DNA of 63,230 nt, counting the filler, from Welwitschia mirabilis (taxonomy: Eukaryota): NCBI GenBank assembly GCA_051453625.1. It is 6 parts of one record of this genome, joined end to end, with 100 filler letters (N's around TTAATTAATTAA, not from the genome) between each part and the next. Parts side by side here need not be neighbours in the genome. Positions count along the whole stretch, not along the records: positions 1 to 22,487 come from JBOZIK010000001.1; 5 more parts are not named here. One strand, written 5' to 3'. Made by a program: the position numbers and the translations under genes. This document shows positions 1 through 13,141 of the stretch, one piece after another (the first letter of the stretch is position 1; each line of letters begins with the position of its first letter). The notes beneath the pieces are model-generated. The model was given only the letters and a program-made list of their open reading frames with translations. It searched no databases and was not told where the DNA came from.

Positions 1-79
1 GCAATTACTGGAGAGATTAAATCCCTTAATGATGATGAACATTATGAGTCAAACATAGTTTTTTGACAATTCTAATTTT

Positions 80-1136
80 ATGGGTATGAGGGAGCACATA
101 CCTCATAACAAAACTTGGATTCTTGTCATTGGTTCTAATTGTCACATGACTTATAAGTGTGATTATTTTAATAACTTTGTTAAAGCAGCTAGTCATGTTT
201 ATTTGGAAGATAGAACTCTAGTTCCAATGAAAGGCTATGATTCAGTTANNNNNNNNNNNNNNNNNNNNNNNNNNNNNNNNNNNNNNNNNNNNNNNNNNNN
301 NNNNNNNNNNNNNNNNNNNNNNNNNNNNNNNNNNNNNNNNNNNNNNNNAATTGTCACATGACTTATAAGTGTGATTATTTTAATAACTTTGTTAAAGAAG
401 CTAGTCATGTTTATTTAGAAGATAGAACTCTAGTTCCAATGAAAGGCTATGATTCAGTTACTTTTAACTTGACATCGCTCTCTTCATAAACTCTTTTTTA
501 TATTTTATATGTGCCTTCTTTGAGGTTGCATCTTCTATATTTCCACCCTAGTCTTAGAAGATCACTCAATCTCCATGATGAAATACTTAGTGGACTTTTT
601 TATTCCAATAACAAACTAGTTATGCAAGGCTATAAAGATGGTAAATTTATTCATCTTCAAATTTATGTTAAAAAGTGTGAGATCACTTGCACCACTTCCC
701 AAGCTAAAACCTTGAATGCTCAATATCCTATGGTTGAGGGGAGATGTAGCCATCAGTCCTACTCCAGTTTCTTCTCTTAGTGTAAATTCTTTGCAAGCTT
801 TAGGAATTCAGCAATTTGGTTCTCTAGGCACTATTAATTATGGTTACCATAGTAATTCAATAGATTCTCTGATCAAAAACGTTGAGACTACCCATAGGTG
901 ACATCATAGTACTTGATCATAGTCTACTCTCCAATGTTTGTCATAATGAAAAGGGTAAAACTAGAACCAGATATAGTTCATACACAACTCATGATAATGA
1001 TGTTAATGAGCTTCATTTAATTTCTAATGGTAAACCAACTTAATTGAAAGACATGATTTTACATTATCAATGGTCCAAGTCATAAAATAATAATACCATG
1101 CTCTTGTAAAACATAGTATGTGGGAGTTGGTTCATA
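80..1136 (+). mobile_element. Decayed, internally deleted Ty1/copia pol remnant (protease motif and RT start)
   Basis: WILVIGSNCHMT...F (from 113) resembles the copia protease WILDSGASxHMT. 1071-1136 reads WSKS*NNKYHALVKHSMWELVH, matching the RT start WxxAMxxExxALxxNxTWELV. About 128-248 is repeated at 349-459 across a gap. Confidence 0.7.
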
Positions 1137-1249
1137 AAATTAAAAAACTTATATAGACAAATTCATTGCATCAGTACATCATCTGACTACAGAATTAATA
1201 ATTACTGCTTAAACAAAGATAACTAGTCTAGAGAAGTTTCAATTTTTTA

Positions 1250-1764
1250 ATCCAAAATTGGATTTACAATGAGTTGAGTCAAACTCATTTTCCTTTTGTA
1301 CATTAAGGGATTCATTTGATTTTTGAGTCTCTGATTAAATTCACATCTAATCCTAGTACTATGGGATGTGTAAAATAAATATGACCTAGTACTATGGGTT
1401 GTGTAGTACACATTTTGGCCTAGAATTATGGGATGTGTAATGCACATGAATAAACCTATCTACTACAAGATGTGGAATAGTAAATTAACAACTTATTTTA
1501 TGAAGTTGTTCCCTCACATGATAATTCCTTTTTGGAGTTCTTATTATAAGCCACATTCCCAAGGTTTTTTCAAAGGTACTTCAGGTTTTCCTTAGAAGAG
1601 AGATTATTTCCACATCATGGTTCTATGCTTAGGAATACATGAAAACCCTAGTGGTATACTTAGCTATTTAAGAAAGCTTTGTATTGAATAAAGAAAAAGG
1701 AGATATAAAATTTTGGTTTTGAAATCTTGTGCTCTTTATTTTTAAGCATTCTTGTTTCTTAATA
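1250..1764 (+). mobile_element. Copia-type LTR (3' or solo), interrupting the RT of the neighbouring Sirevirus-like element
   Basis: The reverse complement of 1610-1764 aligns to 27628-27780, which directly abuts a tRNA-iMet PBS. Short internal repeats ctagtactatggg(a/t)tgtgta at 1353-1440. The left boundary is uncertain. Confidence 0.6.
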
Positions 1765-4700
1765 ATTTTGATATCTATCTGATAAATTCTTAAATCTTTA
1801 AGCTATGCAAAGGCTAAAAGCATTCTTATGGATTCCATATGAGCTACTAGTACAAATGTTTCTTTAAAGTCGATGCATATTATTGGTTACATCCTTTAGC
1901 TACTAATCTAACTTTTTTTCTGATAACGTTATCATTTTCATCTATTTTATTTTTAAAGACCCATTTTATTCTAATAACTATGTTTATTAGATGGTTTTTG
2001 AGTGATTTCCCTAGACATTGCACCTTTCAAACTGATTAAGTTCTTCTTGCATTGCTAGCATTCAAAATTCATCACTTTCTAATTCATTGAAAGTTTTGAG
2101 TTTTACTTATGAGATATATGCTGCAAATCCATAGAATTCTTTAGTATGACTTTAATTTTAAATACCACCATATGGACTACCTATGATGTTGCTTAAGGAA
2201 TAGCCTCTCTTTAGTATGATCATATTTGAAGAACTTTCTTTATCTATTTCTTCTTCTTTCTTCTCCTCATTGTCTGAATGTGCTTTAGGATTACTAGATG
2301 ATTATTTAAGCTATATATAAATATAATCACCATATACACAAATAAAAGTTTAGTCAATATCATCTATTTTCACATTTATAATTTCCTCTATCATACGCGC
2401 TTTATTGTTGAATACTTAATAAGCCTTACTAACCATAGAGTAATCTAGAAAATTTTCATTATCAACTTTAAAATTAAACTTTCTTAGATTTTTTTCATTT
2501 AAAATGGAACACTTTAATCCAAAAACATGAAAATAACTTACTATGGGTTTCTTATCAGACCATAATTCATATAAGGTTTTTGAAGTAAAATGTATTACCA
2601 GAATTATATTAGAAATATAATAAGTAGTATTCATGTCTTCTACCCAAAAATGATATGGAAAATATTTATCATGCATCAGTTCTTACCATTTCATTTAAAA
2701 CCTTATTCTTTCTTTTAGGAACTCCATTTTGTTATGGGGTTCTTGGTGCAGAGAATTAGTGAAGAATACTAAATTGTTCACAAAAATTTTTGAACCTTTC
2801 ATTTTTAAATTCTATCCCATTATCGCTTCTTGTAATCTTGATCTTGTATCCCTTTTGGTATTGTAACCTAATGTACAACTTAGAGAAAATTTTAAATTCC
2901 TCATCCTTGTGTGCAAGGAAGGCTACCCATGTAAAGTAAGAGTAATCATCATCAACAGTTAGCTAATATATTTTCTTACCAAGGCTTTCTATGGGAGATG
3001 GACCAACAATATCAAGATCTAAAAGATTTAAAGAACATTTAGTTGTATCAAACCTTATCCTTATTTTCTTTCCTTTATGTCATGCCTCACAAACCTAATC
3101 ATCATAGCTTTATAACTTAGGAAGTCCTCTTATCATATATTTTAAGGACAAGGTTTTTAGTATGTCTTTATTTACATGCCTAAGCTTCATATGTTATGGC
3201 TTAGTTTCACCTATAGTACTTAACAGACACTTGGCTCTCTTGTTAGAGAAATATTATAAAGTAGTAATATACACATTAGATTTTCTAATTTTATTGAATA
3301 AGATACATTATTTGATAATACAATCATTTTTGGTAAATGTAACAAAAAAATTTGCATCACATAACTAACTGATACTTAAATGATTATGTTGTAATGCTCC
3401 TATAGAGGAAACATCTTTTACCTCAGGTAGATTACCTCCTTTAATGGTTCCAATACCTTTGAAAGATGCCTCTGTATTGTCGTCAAAGGTGATCACTCCT
3501 TTATCTTACTCTACCAGGGTTTTAAAGCTGGATTTATCTCCAGTCATGTGCCTTGAACACTTAATATCAATATACCATGCATGTTTCTTTATAGCTCGTA
3601 GTGAAATTTAAGTTAAAAGAGCTGATATAAATTTTGGAATCTATATTTTCTTTAATTTAACCTACATAAGATGTTATATCATACTTATTGGCCTTTTAGC
3701 ATTATTAGTGTAATACTAAGTATTTAATTTTAATAGATAATTAAACTAATAATGACATTATTTATACCAATAATAGTAGATAATATTATTAGTATAGACT
3801 ATATGTTCATACCTTAGCTTTTAGTTCCATTTGTTGAACAATAAAGCTAAACTACTAGTAAAGGATTCATTGTGACCTAGGTCACTCTTATCATTTGGAC
3901 TTTTACATTTCTAAGCATGATGTTTAAGGTCTCTTTTCCCTAAATAAACTTCTCATTAATTCTTTTTGAATCATTAAGTTCCTATCTAACATGCTTTAAT
4001 TCATAATTAGTTCAATCGTCTCAACTTCAAGAGCTAAGTTTTTAAATGATAACTTATTGCAAGAACTTCTTTCTTGTTCATATGCTAATTCACGAGAATG
4101 AAGTAATTTTTTAAATTTTAACACATACCTTTTGCAACTTAATGAATTCTTTAAAAATTAAATCATACTTATCTTGAAGTTTCATACCTATTTTAACTNN
4201 NNNNNNNNNNNNNNNNNNNNNNNNNNNNNNNNNNNNNNNNNNNNNNNNNNNNNNNNNNNNNNNNNNNNNNNNNNNNNNNNNNNNNNNNNNNNNNNNNNNN
4301 NNNNNNNNNNNNNNNNNAATTAATATCAAAATGTTTTACATAGTTTAGAAACCCTATTAATTAAAGCTTACAAAATGTGGGTTATAACACTATTATAGCT
4401 AGGATACTCTTGGGTCTATGTGTCTTATTCCTTCACAAAACCAACATTATAATTTAAAAATATCTAACTTGGAAGAAAGTCAAGAGCTATTAGAAGTTTT
4501 GTCTTTAGACTTAACTTGGAAGAAAGTAAAGAGCTACTAGAAGTTTTATCTTTAGACTTATCTCTAGCTTAAAATAAAAATGGTCTATGATAATCATCCT
4601 TTTTATTATTCTTTTATAAGATAACTCTTTTAATTTACCTTGTGATGAGTGCAAGTTCTTCTTCTACAACATCTTTTAAGTCATCTGTATCTGATCCTTC

Positions 4701-6883
4701 TTTTATTTTCCCTTTAGAAGCTTGTCTTATATTTTCACTAGCTTTAAAAGTGATAGGTTTCTCTTTTAGAGCACCATTTTAAATAATATTCATCTCATAA
4801 GCTATTATAGCACTTTGTGATTCTTCAATATTCATTAAGTTAAAGCCTCTTGATTCTTTCATGGCTACTATTTTAGGCATGTATTCTAGAGTTAAATATG
4901 TAACAAACTTTTGGATTACCTTAACCTCTGGAAGATGTTCATCAATGCTACATATAACATTTACTATGTTAGATACTCTTGTGAAGTATTCATGTATCCT
5001 TTATCCATTATTCATCTTTATATTTTCAAACTGATCAATCTAAATAAGAAGTTTTGATTACTTGAGGATGAAGGTTCTTTTATATGTTTCATATAGAATG
5101 TTTCCTATTTGTTATTCATTTTGACATCCTACTATTCTATTGAATTCTTTCATTGTAAGGACTAAGCAGAGAGCATTTTTTTTATTTTGAGTTATACATG
5201 ATAGCTTTCTTTTTTTTATCTTCCCTATCCCTTCTAAATTTGTTTTATATAATGGAGTTCCCTATAGTATCTGTTATGGTTTCTATAGGTTTCAAGGATC
5301 CATCTTCAATGCTTTGCCAAACCTAAAACTCATAACTATAAGTATACTTGCATCCTCATCTTTCAATAGGCATAGTTTATTCCATTAAAGAGTGGAGGTA
5401 TAATGGATCACACCCCTTTTATAGTTCACTTAAGGATATTACTCCTTTTTGTGATTACCTACTCTGATATCACTTGAGGATGATTGAACTCAGAGGAGAG
5501 CGATAAATGAGGTCTACTAAATAAAAACTCTACTGGAAAAAAATTAAACTTTATACAATAAAATGTTACTAGATTTAATATGGTTCCCCAACCAGGGTAC
5601 ATGCACACTGAGAGGGTAGCTTACTCTCATACCTTTGGATATCCTTAACCTGCAAAACAATGGTTTTGGAGCATCACCAATCTTCCATAAAACTGAGATT
5701 ATCTTCATAAGGTAGCACTCCCTTCCCCTTAGGAATTTAAAATAAATCAAAATAGAAATGTGCTTATAAGTACTTACAAAAATACACCCATATAAGGGTT
5801 ACCTTACAATTTGGAAACTTTAGCAAGGGATCCTAGGAATGAAAATAAGAAATGAACTATAATATGTATGTTCAAAAATCTAATAGTATCTATGGCTTAA
5901 GTGCTAATAAATAATGATGATTAAAAAATAACAAATCTAAAAAGATGTTACTTTGATGAAATGCTTGCATTCTTCTGTGTTGTAATCACTCATAAGTGTC
6001 TTAAATTAGAGTAATAAAGCTATTGTATGAGCCAACAATGTATTCACTAGATAGTCCTTTTTAAAAGAATATCTGAAAGCGTCATGTGTAGTACTAATCA
6101 CCATGTGAGTGACATCTTCTTCTTTTCTCTTTATTCCCTTTATAATTTTGATGTTTTCCTTACCTTCACCCTAAAGAGATAGCCATGATATTTAATTGTT
6201 GTGCAATTGATAGAAATGGCTAAATTTTAGTCATTTAATGATTATTTTATTTTCCATAAATTTTCATGATAAACTCTTTAAAATAGTAGACATATCTTAC
6301 TAGGCAAACATCGTCACCGTAAAAGACATGTTTGGTTAAACTACTCAGATATTAATAAAACTTGAACTATTATATTTGTGATATTTAGTAATCATAAATA
6401 CAAGATGTAAAACTTGCTTATTTCTCTAAAATGTAGATAAATCATAAAAATACAACTTATTCATTTTACCTCTTCCAGTTTAGCACAAATGTCTTTATCT
6501 CTGTAGACATCTTCAGATAGTTGAAGTAGTATAGACATCTTTAATTTGATAGATATATTTCCCCTATCTTAGCATTCTAGTTTAATATAAACATCTTTGA
6601 CATTGTAGACAAGTTTGGATGTATGACAAAATCTAATTCAGTATAAATGTCTTTGATATAGCAGATGTCTTTTCCATAGACATCTTCTCATGGGTAGATA
6701 TCTTTAGTCAAAATGTATCTATCCATCATGAAATCTAAGCTAAAACTTCTTTGTAATATGAACTTGATGTTTTAACTTGGATCAATCATTTTTGCAATTC
6801 GATGGTCTCCAATTTTACCCATATACACATTACACACATCACATTTGACAAGTGGAATCATTAAAATTAGGATTTGACAAACA
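1765..6883 (-). mobile_element. Sirevirus (SIRE)-like Ty1/copia element, 3'-truncated in RT: 5' LTR, PBS, gag, PR, integrase, RT start
   Basis: LTR 5475-6883. PBS TGATATCAGAGT at 5461-5472. Gag begins PPLFNGINYAY*KMRMQ. Integrase motifs TP*QNG and LYELWSDKKPIVSYFHVFG. RT motifs LAMQEELNQFER and IKWVFKNK..RLVAKG..ESIRMLLAFA down to about 1765. Many stops and frameshifts. Confidence 0.9.
5461..5472 (-). promoter_or_regulatory. Primer-binding site (tRNA-iMet, decayed TGGTATCAGAGC)
   Basis: The minus strand reads TGATATCAGAGT, 2 nt after the LTR terminal CA and upstream of gag. Confidence 0.8.
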
Positions 6884-9730
6884 ATTTTTATGTCATCATT
6901 TGTTGTATCTTTGGTAACCTCATCATGATTTGATGTTGAAGCTTCAAAGATAGTGTTAAGTCCACTTCTAGTTACTACGTTCTAATATCTTTTGACATCA
7001 TTGGGGTTTGGAATGATTTGGGTAGTAAAAATAACTTATTATCTTTAATTCCCGATCATTGTTTGTTATGATACCATAATGAGATGTTCTATGTTTTGGC
7101 TTTGATTTTTTAGGTGTGTGATTATGGTTTCATGCATTTTATTAAGTTATTCTAATAAATTTTGAAGTGTATCACCTGGGTAGCCTTGATAATTAGGAGA
7201 ATTAGGTTGGAAATTTTGGTTTCTAAATCTATATTCAAAAGATGTCTTCAAGGTAGAAAATGCCATGTTAGTTCTTGGTTGGAGCTAATTACTCCTATTT
7301 ATGTTATACCTTTGGTTGAAAGCATAAGCCTCTTTAGAGGATATTTCTTTACAAGTGGGTAAAACTAAATATTACTTTGTTTAGTGGAAACTATCTTCAC
7401 AAATTTCACAAGGGGAGTAAGGATATGATGGTTTCTTATTTACTACTTTAGAACTAGCTAAAGATCTAGTATACCTTTCTAATGTGATACTAAATCCTTG
7501 AGATGATTATTAGGATTCATAGGCTCTTCATGTTGTTCTCTTAAGATCTTTCAGCACTTGCTCTAATGATTTTTATTTCTTGGATTTAGGTTTTAACTAG
7601 GTTTAGAGTATTTCTACTAAATCCTCTAAACATTTTTGTGCCTCATCCAATGTTAAGTTTAAAAGGTTACCTCCACATGAGGAATGTACAAGATGCTGGG
7701 TTTGACTATTGAGTCTACTATAAAAATGATCAATTAATTCCTCTTTTAAGAACTTATTTAAAGGATTCAATGAAACTACAATAAGGAACCTCTCATATGT
7801 TATTGCATAATCTTCATGAGGCTATTAGAAGAATTTATGACCTCTCTTCTTCTTTATCTCATGTTAGTCTCAATCACAAAACATTTAATAAAGGTATTTT
7901 GAACTAATTTCCAACTTTTTAGGCTTTTATGTGGAATGTTTTTCAACCAATTTTTAGTTTTGCCTCTAAGAGTAAAGGGGAAAATTATCATGTAATTCCT
8001 ATCACTAATTTATTTCTTTCATTTCTTGAGGTAAGACCTAGTTGTTTAATCTCATATAGATGTTGTAAAAAGTCCTCATCATCCTCTTCTGGAAATGTGG
8101 AGTAGGCATTAAGGTTTTTTAATTTTACATCATCCCCTATTGATATATCAAAAGGGTTTTGAACTTCTCTTTTCTCATTTACAATGATTTCATTAAGGGA
8201 TTAGGAGATAATGTTAGAACTAGAAGTCATGTTTAAAGAGCATGAAGGGCTATTTGAAGAAGAAGAAGGTTTCTTAGAATTGTTATCTAATAAAGGATTA
8301 TAGGGAGAAGAACTTAAAGATGTACTTTGATAATTATCACCAAAAACGGTAGAAAAATTAGATTACTCTATTCTAGAAATAGCTTTACCTCTAGTTTCGG
8401 ATTGAAAATTAGCTAATCCTTCTTTTATAGTTTCTTCCTAAAAAAAATATTTGTCTATGATGTTTTGCCATGACCTTGCATATTCATGATAATCTCCTAA
8501 GTTTCTACAACAAAAATTGGAATTGCAAACTAGGGAAATTGAAATGCAAACTTAAAGAAATGGAAATTAAAATAACAGCACTACACAAGTAAATAATCTT
8601 GAGCTCAAGCTAACTACTTATGTAATAAGAATCATCCTTCTAATCCTTTGATGCTTCCCTGACAATGAAGCCAAAATGATCACCTCTTAGGCATGCATCA
8701 AAGATATGTCTTTACTTTAGCAATTTAATCTATCCTTAACATACAACATATGCTAGCATAGGATATAACCCAAATGTCATACACTACTGAAGTAATCAAA
8801 GTATTAGGAAGATTAATTCATTTAAAGAAGAAAGAAATGATCTTTGATAATCTTTAATTAAGTAAAATAAAATTAATAATGCACATTTTAGGATAAAATG
8901 AATGACATGCAATCAAAGTGGAAAATACAATGCAATGAAAACTAACATGACCTAAAGGCAATCAATTTAACTAATTGTACCAACTTGTTGTCATCTAGGT
9001 TGACCCTTATACCCTATATCAATATTTGATCTAATCTGTTGTAGTATTAAATTAATACAAACATAAGATATAAGGAAGAGAAAGTGAGATATAATTGAGA
9101 GAAATAAAGCACATTTTATTACTTGAAATATACTTTTATACATTCAATTACAAGTAATTACCCCTCAATGGAGGATATTCAACCTAATACTAAGAGTAGC
9201 TCTTCTTACAGGTAGATGGATCACTTACCCTAAAGTGCTCCAATGTCACAAGTAACTTCAATGGTCAAAAGATGGGGAAATGAGAGGTCTAAGAAGTTTA
9301 TATAGGCTTAGATGATGGGCTACTTAAGGGACAAACTAAAATAGTTATGTTACAATTTTAGCTAACACAACACTTGATTCTTTATCATCCACTAGCTTCT
9401 TTTTCTAATAGTGCGTCTTTGTGTCCTCTATTGCTCTATCCTCTAGTGGTAGGTGGAATCGAGTTGTAGATGAAATCTGATTGTTTCCTCCTTTAGCGCT
9501 TTACCCTCTAATGCTTTATCTTTTGGTGGTAGGTGGAATATGGTTGTTTTCTCAAATGCTCTATAATTACTCAGTTTGAATCCAAATTATGCTTAGTTCT
9601 TTATGTTGAATACTTAACGTGGAAAACATGATTTAGATCATTAAGCCTATTAAAAGTTCCTGTAACCACACTCAAAACCACCATTAGACATGGCAAAGTT
9701 GCTTGTCTAACAAGTTGATTCTCTATATCA
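6884..9730 (-). mobile_element. Athila-like Ty3/gypsy element: LTR, tRNA-Asp-type PBS and gag, interrupted by the SIRE element
   Basis: Gag motifs IIFPFTLRGKTKNWLKNIP and HFYSRLNSQTQHLVHSSCGGNLLNLTLDEAQKCLE, plus VVTRSG. PBS TGGCTTCATTGTCAGGGAA at 8655-8673 is a decayed TGGCGCCGTTGCCGGGGA. Putative LTR 8677-9730, with an uncertain far end. Confidence 0.8.
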
Positions 9731-12060
9731 TTACACCATATTTATCCCTCTTATTTTAAATCATTCATGATTATATTTTTCTATGCATATTGATGTTTAT
9801 TATACACATTGTTTTTAGTTTTCATTTTCAATTACACGTAACATTATTCTAGCTTCTATTTAGGGGTCAAATTAGCAGGCTCTAGTAAATTGAATGAAAC
9901 GCACAACATTTGGTTGATGTTTCATCAATGATTTCATATTAGTGTAGCATTCTAAAGGCTTTTCTAGCATGTCATTTAGAGCACTATGAAACTAGTAATG
10001 AAGTGTATTAGCATGCCCAAGGATGTTTTAATTATGTAATAGTTTACAAGTAATCATACATTTAGTTAATAACTCTCAAGTGTTCCTTCCATGATTCTTT
10101 ATTAAGCCTAAAGTGATTTTTTCTTTAGCATGTAATCACTTGATGATAATGATGACATGCTGAATCTATGTTACTTTTATTCTAAAGCAAGTGTACTTAA
10201 ATGCATACATGTTTCAGGATTATATTCATTACTCTTTTATAATGTATGTCTAGTTTTGTAACGTCAATGATAGGAACAACCAATTATAGAAGTTGTGACC
10301 CATACTTTTATGTTTTTGACTTAGATTATTTTTTTTTTTCCAACCTAACACATTATCTAAAAATCCAATGTCATGAAATATGAAAATTTAGTGGTTTCAT
10401 CCTTGTTTTTTGTTATAGTTCTAGTACATATGACTCAAATCTCACATTTAAAGTTAAAAATTTGAGATTATGATTTTTGTATAGAACATATGGAGTTTTC
10501 ATCCTTAAGGACATGACTTAAGGTTATTTTCAAATTCTGGAGATACTTAAATTGGGCCATTTTATTGATTTTGATTAAAGCTTGTAATTTCTAATCAATT
10601 GTATCACAACTCTCAAGTATCTAAAGTCTTCTTCCTATGTAGCTAACTTTTGAATACACAATGGCATATTGGTCATGATTTCCATTTGGGTTTCTAGTCT
10701 TAGTTGGGATGAATTTTATGCAATCATGACTTCTACTAGCAAAAAGGAGTAGCTTTACAAGCTTAATTTGCATACTTTTTCTATAGTTTTTGTCTATCCT
10801 TGAATCTAATTTCTTGATGTCTTGACCAACCTCTTCATATAAGTTGTAGCTATTTATATCATAAATTTTCTTAGTTTCATGTGGAATCCTATTATATATA
10901 TAACTAAGTCATCTTGCAGGTCGTGTTATAGTAATGCTATACAATGTATTCCACTATTACTTTACATTCTTATCTTAATGTCTAGTTTTCCATTCACCAT
11001 TATCAAGGGTCCTATGTAATTACATGGTTAACTCGAAACTTATTGGAGCTCAGACATGGAATGTGGAGAGCTTCATGACATCACACTGTAGGCTAACAAA
11101 TAGTATGTCACATATTATGAATTCAAATAGCCAAACTTCTAGGTGGTCTAGCTTATTTTTGTTTTTGTTTTTTTTTTTTTCCATTTGGAAATAAAGTAAC
11201 ACCAAAGCTAGGAACTAATAAAAGTGAAGGTTATTAGTCCTTTCAAATCCTTGCAATGACAAAAACATCAAATCTAATGAAGAAAGAAATGCAACAAGGA
11301 TTAAGAAGTTTATTNNNNNNNNNNNNNNNNNNNNNNNNNNNNNNNNNNNNNNNNNNNNNNNNNNNNNNNNNNNNNNNNNNNNNNNNNNNNNNNNNNNNNN
11401 NNNNNNNNNNNNNNTTCAAATCCTTGCAATGACAAAAACAAGGATTAAGAAGTTTATTCGCTGCAAAGCCATCAATATTTAAAAATCTAAAATGTAGAGG
11501 TCAAAGACCTTATTTTATGTACTGCAATATATTTTGTATTCAAATGAGCAATTTTTCCTTCTCCATTGGGCGTCAACACAGAGAAATGATTCAACGAACA
11601 TTCTCTTAACAAGATTTAAGCCTAGATTAGTTGGGTAAAAGCCAAGTACCCAAAAAACAAATGTTAAATATTTACATATTACTAAATCTTTTTTCAACTT
11701 ATAAGTGGTGGAGGATTCATCAAATAGAGGTTTATCGTCTCAACTCACTAATGTTTTATTAACTTAATGTTTCTTCAACTTTAAATGACATTTGCAAATT
11801 ATGAGAAAAAAAGCCGTTTCCAAGACACTTACATTTCATTATCTTAAGAAGGAGACACATGCTGCATTACATTTTAGAAGGGTTAAGATTTTTTTATTGA
11901 TGAAAAAGAGGTTGTAAGATCATTGAGCAACCATCACTAAAAGCCCATGAATAAGAAAATATTGGGATTATGTGGCTTACAAGAATGCCACAAATTCTTA
12001 TCTCTAGTAAATAAGGTTGCAAATGCCTCCAATATTTTGTTCAAAGATAGACTCAAATTT

Positions 12061-12307
12061 GCAACTTATTAGAAACAAAAAAATGAAACCTTCATCTCGA
12101 TGAGCAAAATAGTGCTAATACCCTTCACAATTAGACATTGTTGTATTTTTGTATGACTTCAACAATATCATTAAATGTTATCAATTCATATTACAATTTT
12201 TTAAAACTATACAATCCACAGTAAATAAAACTTTTAATTAAGCTAAATGGTTTTTATATTTTTAACACAAAGGCTTGGCAAAGATCTAGTAAGGTGGTAA
12301 GGGCCTC

Positions 12308-12340
<33 letters not shown>

Positions 12341-12830
12341 CCCGCCACAAATTAAGACTTGAATTGGCAACTTATTAGAAACAAAACCTCTATGTAACCT
12401 CCATGCAATTGAGCTAAATGGGTTTAATACTCTTAACAATTAAAACTTGATATGGTACTGTATGAAGAAACAATATTACCAAACTTCATCATCTTTTAAC
12501 CAAAAAATAATTATTATTATTATTTTAAATACCATTTTAATGTATGACATGTAGTAAGCTGAAATCCTCTAGTATCCTTAAAAAATATTATTGTACGAAA
12601 AAACAATATCAGTAAACGTTATCAATATTGCTTTCAAAAAAATGAATTTTTTTAACCGTTATGATTAACGATATACCAGACCTCCAATTGAGCTAAATGG
12701 CTTTATACTCTTTTAGCACCTAGACTGGGTAAACATTTAGTAAGTATATTATTATAAAAACAAATAATATAATCAAACGTTATTGTATTTTCTTAAAAAA
12801 TCAAATTTTTATCCCAGAATTTACAATATA
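12061..12830. repeat. Degenerate local repeats downstream of the methyltransferase
   Basis: gcaacttattagaaacaaaa at 12061 and about 12368. agctaaatgg at about 12242, 12412 and 12691. Recurring aaacaatat..aaac motifs. Confidence 0.55.
12310..12338 (+). repeat. (CT)n microsatellite
   Basis: About 14 perfect CT units. Confidence 0.95.
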
Positions 12831-13141
12831 CAGCAAAACTTACCAGCAATCCTATCTCGTCTCCAGAGAGTTCCTAGGGCCCTCTGACCCAAATTTCATT
12901 TTAAAGAAAAAAGCCATAAAAACCCATTAAACAAAACCATTGAAAAAAATTGTTGATGGTGTTGACTTAACCATCCAATCTCAATTAATCTTTTTTCTTT
13001 TTTTTTATTATTCCACGCCCACTCCCGTCCAGGACCGTCCTTTCGGCCCGCCAAGGGACGGAGGGACAGCGGGACCCGCCACCACCGACGACTTTCCTCC
13101 GTCAAAAAAAAGGACCTCTTCTTCGCCAGCCCGGCCCAAGG

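Noticed and set aside
9750-12200. hAT transposase or copia RNaseH remnants (e.g. TSRWSSL near 11135)
   Set aside because: Only isolated short motif resemblances with no colinear support.
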